The position numbers were made by a program, and so were the translations under genes. The notes beneath the pieces were generated by a model. It was not told the origin of the DNA. It ran no database searches and saw only the letters and a program-made list of their open reading frames with translations. 64,000 nt of DNA, taken from assembly GCF_004010195.1 (NCBI RefSeq), contig NC_057751.1, positions 8,609,023 through 8,673,022 on the forward strand, read 5' to 3'. The stretch's first letter is position 1. The number at the start of each line of letters is the position of its first letter. Source of the DNA: Chiloscyllium plagiosum. Its lineage: Eukaryota. This document shows, one piece after another, positions 60,530 through 64,000 of the stretch.

Positions 60530-63362
60530 TCAGAACATCGAACATTGCAGCACAGTACAGGCCCTTCGGCCCTCGATGTTGTGCCGCCCTGTGCTGAAGC
60601 CCATCTCACCTACACTATTCCATTCTCGTCTATATACCTATCCAATGACCATTTAAATGCCTGTAAAGTTGGCAAGTCTACAACTGTTGCAGGCAGTGCA
60701 TTCCGCTCCCCTACTACACTGAGTAAACAAACTACCTCTGATATCTATCCTCTATCAACCACCCCTCAATTTGAAGCTATGGCCCCTCGTGCTTGCCGTC
60801 ACCATCCGAGGAAAAAGGGTCTCACTGTCCACTCAATCTCACCCTCTGATTATCTTGTATGTCTCAACTATGTCACCTCTCAACCTTCTTCCCTCTAATG
60901 AAAACAGCCTCAAGTTCCTCAACCTTTCCTCATAAGACCTTCCCTCTGTACCAGGCATCATCCTCGTGAATCTCCTCTGAACACTTTCCAAAGCTTTCAC
61001 ATCCTTCCTATAATGCGGTGACCAGAATTACACGCAATACTCCAAGTGCGGCCACACCAGAGTTTTGTACAGATGCCGCTTGACCTCATGGTTCCAAAAC
61101 TCGATCCCTCTACTAATAAAAGCTGGCATACTGGATGCCTTCTTAACAGCCCTATCAACTTGGTTGGCCATTTTCAGATTTCTATGCACATGGACACCAA
61201 GATCTCTCTGCTCATCTACACTGCCAAGAATCTTACCATTAGCCCAGTACTCTCCATTCACTCCTTCCAAAGTGAATCACCTCACACTTTTCTACATTAA
61301 ACTCCGTATGCCACCTCTCAGCCCAGCTCTGCAGCTTATTTATATCCCGCTGTAACCTACAACATCCTTCGGCAGTATCCACAACTTCATCCACCTTAGT
61401 GTCATCTGCAAATTTACTAACCCATTCTTCTACGCCCTCATCCAGGTAGTTTATAAAAATGACAAACAGCACTGGACCCAAAACAGATCCTTGTGGTACC
61501 CCACTAGTAACTGAACTCCAGAATGAACATTTCCAATCAACTACCATCTTCTGTTTTCTTTCAGCTCACCAATTTCTGATCCAAACCACTAAATCGACCT
61601 CAATCCTATGACTCCGTATTTTGTGCAGGAGCCTACCATGGGGAGCCTACCATGGGGTATGCCTTACTGAAATCCATATCTACCACATCAACTGCTTTAC
61701 CCGCATCCACCTGTTTGATCATCTTCTCAAACAACTCCAGAAAGTTTGTGATGCATGCCCTACCCTTTACAAAACTGTGTTGACTATCTCTAACCAACTT
61801 ATTCCTATCAAGGTGATTATAAACCCTACCTCTTCTAACATTTTCCAATACTTTACCCACAACCAAAGGAAGGCTCACTGGTCTGTAACTACCATGGTTG
61901 TTCTACTCACCTTCTTGAACAAGGGAACAACATTTGCGATCCTCTAGTCTTCTGGCGCTCTTCCTGTAGGCAATGACAACAAAAGAGCAAAGCCAAAGGC
62001 TCAGCAATCTCCTTCCTGGCTTCCCAGAGAATCCTACATAAATCCCCTTGGCCGGTTAGGATTTATTCTACTTTCACACTTTCCAGAATTTCTAACACCA
62101 CCTCCTTGTGAACCTGAATCCAATCTATCACCTACCTACCTCACCTACGTCAAAATCTCGCACCTAGCTGGGTTCAGTACCAAATTGAATATGGGCTCGC
62201 CCCTTGTTGGCCTGTCTACATACTGCGTCAGTAAACCCTCCTGTATACAATGGACAAAAACTGTCCCATCTAAAGTACGTATTCCCAGTCAATTTTTGGA
62301 AGTTGAAATCCCCCATAACAACTACCCTGTTGCTCTCGCTCCCACTGAAAATAATCTTTCCTTTCCTCTAAATGTCTGGGCCTATTCAGAGGCCTGCAGA
62401 AAACTCCCAACAGGTTGACCTCTCCTTTGTTGTTTCTCATCTCAGCCCATACTACCTCAATTGACGACTCCTCAAACGTCCTTTCTGCAGCCATAAGACC
62501 ACGTTTCTCTGTTCTGACTGAAACATCTAAATCCCGGAACCTGAAACAACAACTATTCCTGTCACTGCTCTATCCGTGTCTCTCAAATAGACACAACATC
62601 AAAATCCCAGGTACCGACCCATGATGCAAGTTCACCCAGCTCATTACAGATGTTCCTGGCATTCAATTGACACACTTCAAACCAGCGTTTTGCTCGCCGG
62701 TGTCCTTTTGCAACCCTGAAACCTCATTTCAGGCCTCCCTACTCTCAACCTCCTCTATACTTGAACTACAATTTAGTTTCCCATCCCCCTGCTGAATTAG
62801 TTTAAACCCATCCAAAGAATATTAGCAAATTTTCACCCCTAGGATACTGGTGCCCCTCTGGTTCAGGTGAAGACCATCCTGTTTGTAGAGGTCCCACCTA
62901 CCCCAGAAAGAGCCCCAATTATCCAAGAATCCAAAACTCTCCCTCGCTGCACCATCCCTGTGGCCACGTGCTCAACTCCTCTCTCCCCCTATTCCTCCTC
63001 TCACAAGCACGTGGCACTTGCAACAAACTAGAGGTAACAACTCTTTGTCCTCGCTCAAAGCTTCCTCCCTTTCTCCCTGAATTTCTGCCTGAATTCCCCA
63101 TCTCTCTTCCTACCTATGTCAATGGTGCCGATGTGGACCACAACTTGGGGCTGCTCCCCCTCCCTTGCATGGATTCCGAGAACACGATCGGAGATCTATC
63201 ACGAACCCTGGCACCTAGAAGGCAACACACAAACTGTAAGTCTCTCTCAATCCCACAGAACCTCCTGTCTGTACCCCTAACTATGGAGTCCATAATGACT
63301 AATGCTCTGCTCCTCTTCTCCCTTCCCTTCTGAGCAACGGGGACAGACTCTGTGCTAGAGAT
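60530..63362 (-). mobile_element. Long degraded CR1 LINE (ORF1 esterase domain, endonuclease, RT, 3' UTR; internal deletions)
   Basis: ALVIMDSIVRGTDRRFCG...CCLLGARVRD (GDS-type ORF1 esterase), EVVWAEMRNNKG...LLGVFCRP (APE), SQHSFVKGRACITN...MDFSKA and SGVPQGSVLGP...KFADDTK. Confidence 0.9.
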
Positions 63363-63440
63363 CTTGGAAAGAACCAAAAAAAAAGTGGCAAAGAAATGTA
63401 GGAAAAATAATCCACAGCTGGAAGCAATGAAAACAATTGC

Positions 63441-63441
<1 letters not shown>

Positions 63442-63472
<31 letters not shown>

Positions 63473-63620
63473 NNNNNNNNNNNNNNNNNNNNNNNNNNNN
63501 NNNNNNNNNNNNNNNNNNNNNNNNNNNNNNNNNNNAGAGAGAGACACACAGACAGACAAAGAGAGAGAGAGAGCGAGAGAGAGACACAGAGAGAGAGAGA
63601 GAGAGAAAGAGACAGAGAAA
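63442..63620. repeat. (AG)n/(AGAC)-rich microsatellite containing a 63-N gap (63473-63535)
   Basis: Directly visible. Confidence 0.95.
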
Positions 63621-64000
63621 TTGTAATTGGGAATGCACAAGAGGCCACAATGAGAGAGAGGTGCATGTATCACAGTAATTTATGAGGTTGAAAAGTAACT
63701 CAGAAAGGAGGTGGGAGCAAAGCCAGGGAGGCATATAAAATAACTGGCGAAAATTGTAAAATTTTGACGGGCATGGAAGTAAATGCAGACCAAAAGAAAA
63801 CATGAGATAAAGTCACCAACAGCCTGGTTAAATCACAGACTGTTGTCAGAAGCTTGGATCAGAATTGTGAGTGGGAACTGAAATAATGCCCACACACTCT
63901 TCACAGAAGATTGAGACAATTCATGCAGAGGTCATTTCACCTAAAACTGAATTCTGATAAATGGGATGCTGCAGCATCAAAACTTGAATTTGTATAGCAC

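Noticed and set aside
63352..63803. ORFs with RE/SL repeats
   Set aside because: Translation of an (AG)n microsatellite and a gap.
54145..64000. Second coding exon (TM7, NPxxY) of the adrenoceptor
   Set aside because: No FWLGY/NPIIY-like sequence found by eye or in the ORF track; it is probably beyond the window.

Overview
Eukaryotic (vertebrate) genomic DNA, very probably from a shark or other elasmobranch. That call is inferred from the repeat landscape: HE1-like tRNA-derived SINEs, HER1/CR1 LINEs, Penelope-like elements, Rex-Babar, RTE and Deu-domain SINE relics. The only host protein-coding sequence I can support is the first coding exon (52628-53537, + strand, TM1-TM6) of an alpha-1 adrenergic receptor inside a CpG island; its second coding exon is not visible in the window. 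The receptor is closest to ADRA1A but divergent (ERY for DRY, E6.30Q, C3.36S, mixed alpha1A/alpha1B pocket residues). The rest is transposon-rich intergenic or intronic DNA with three assembly gaps. The most striking non-genic signal is a set of short Penelope-derived insertions carrying minimal hammerhead-ribozyme motifs (CUGANGA-A-stemII-GAAA-CGUC or -GCUA) in about three subfamilies. Two of these form ~200-bp palindromes with target-site duplications, and many are truncated right at the ribozyme core. Two local tandem duplications (~0.8 kb and ~216 bp) abut retroelement ends. Repeat family names and boundaries come from recognition by eye, not database searches, and are approximate.
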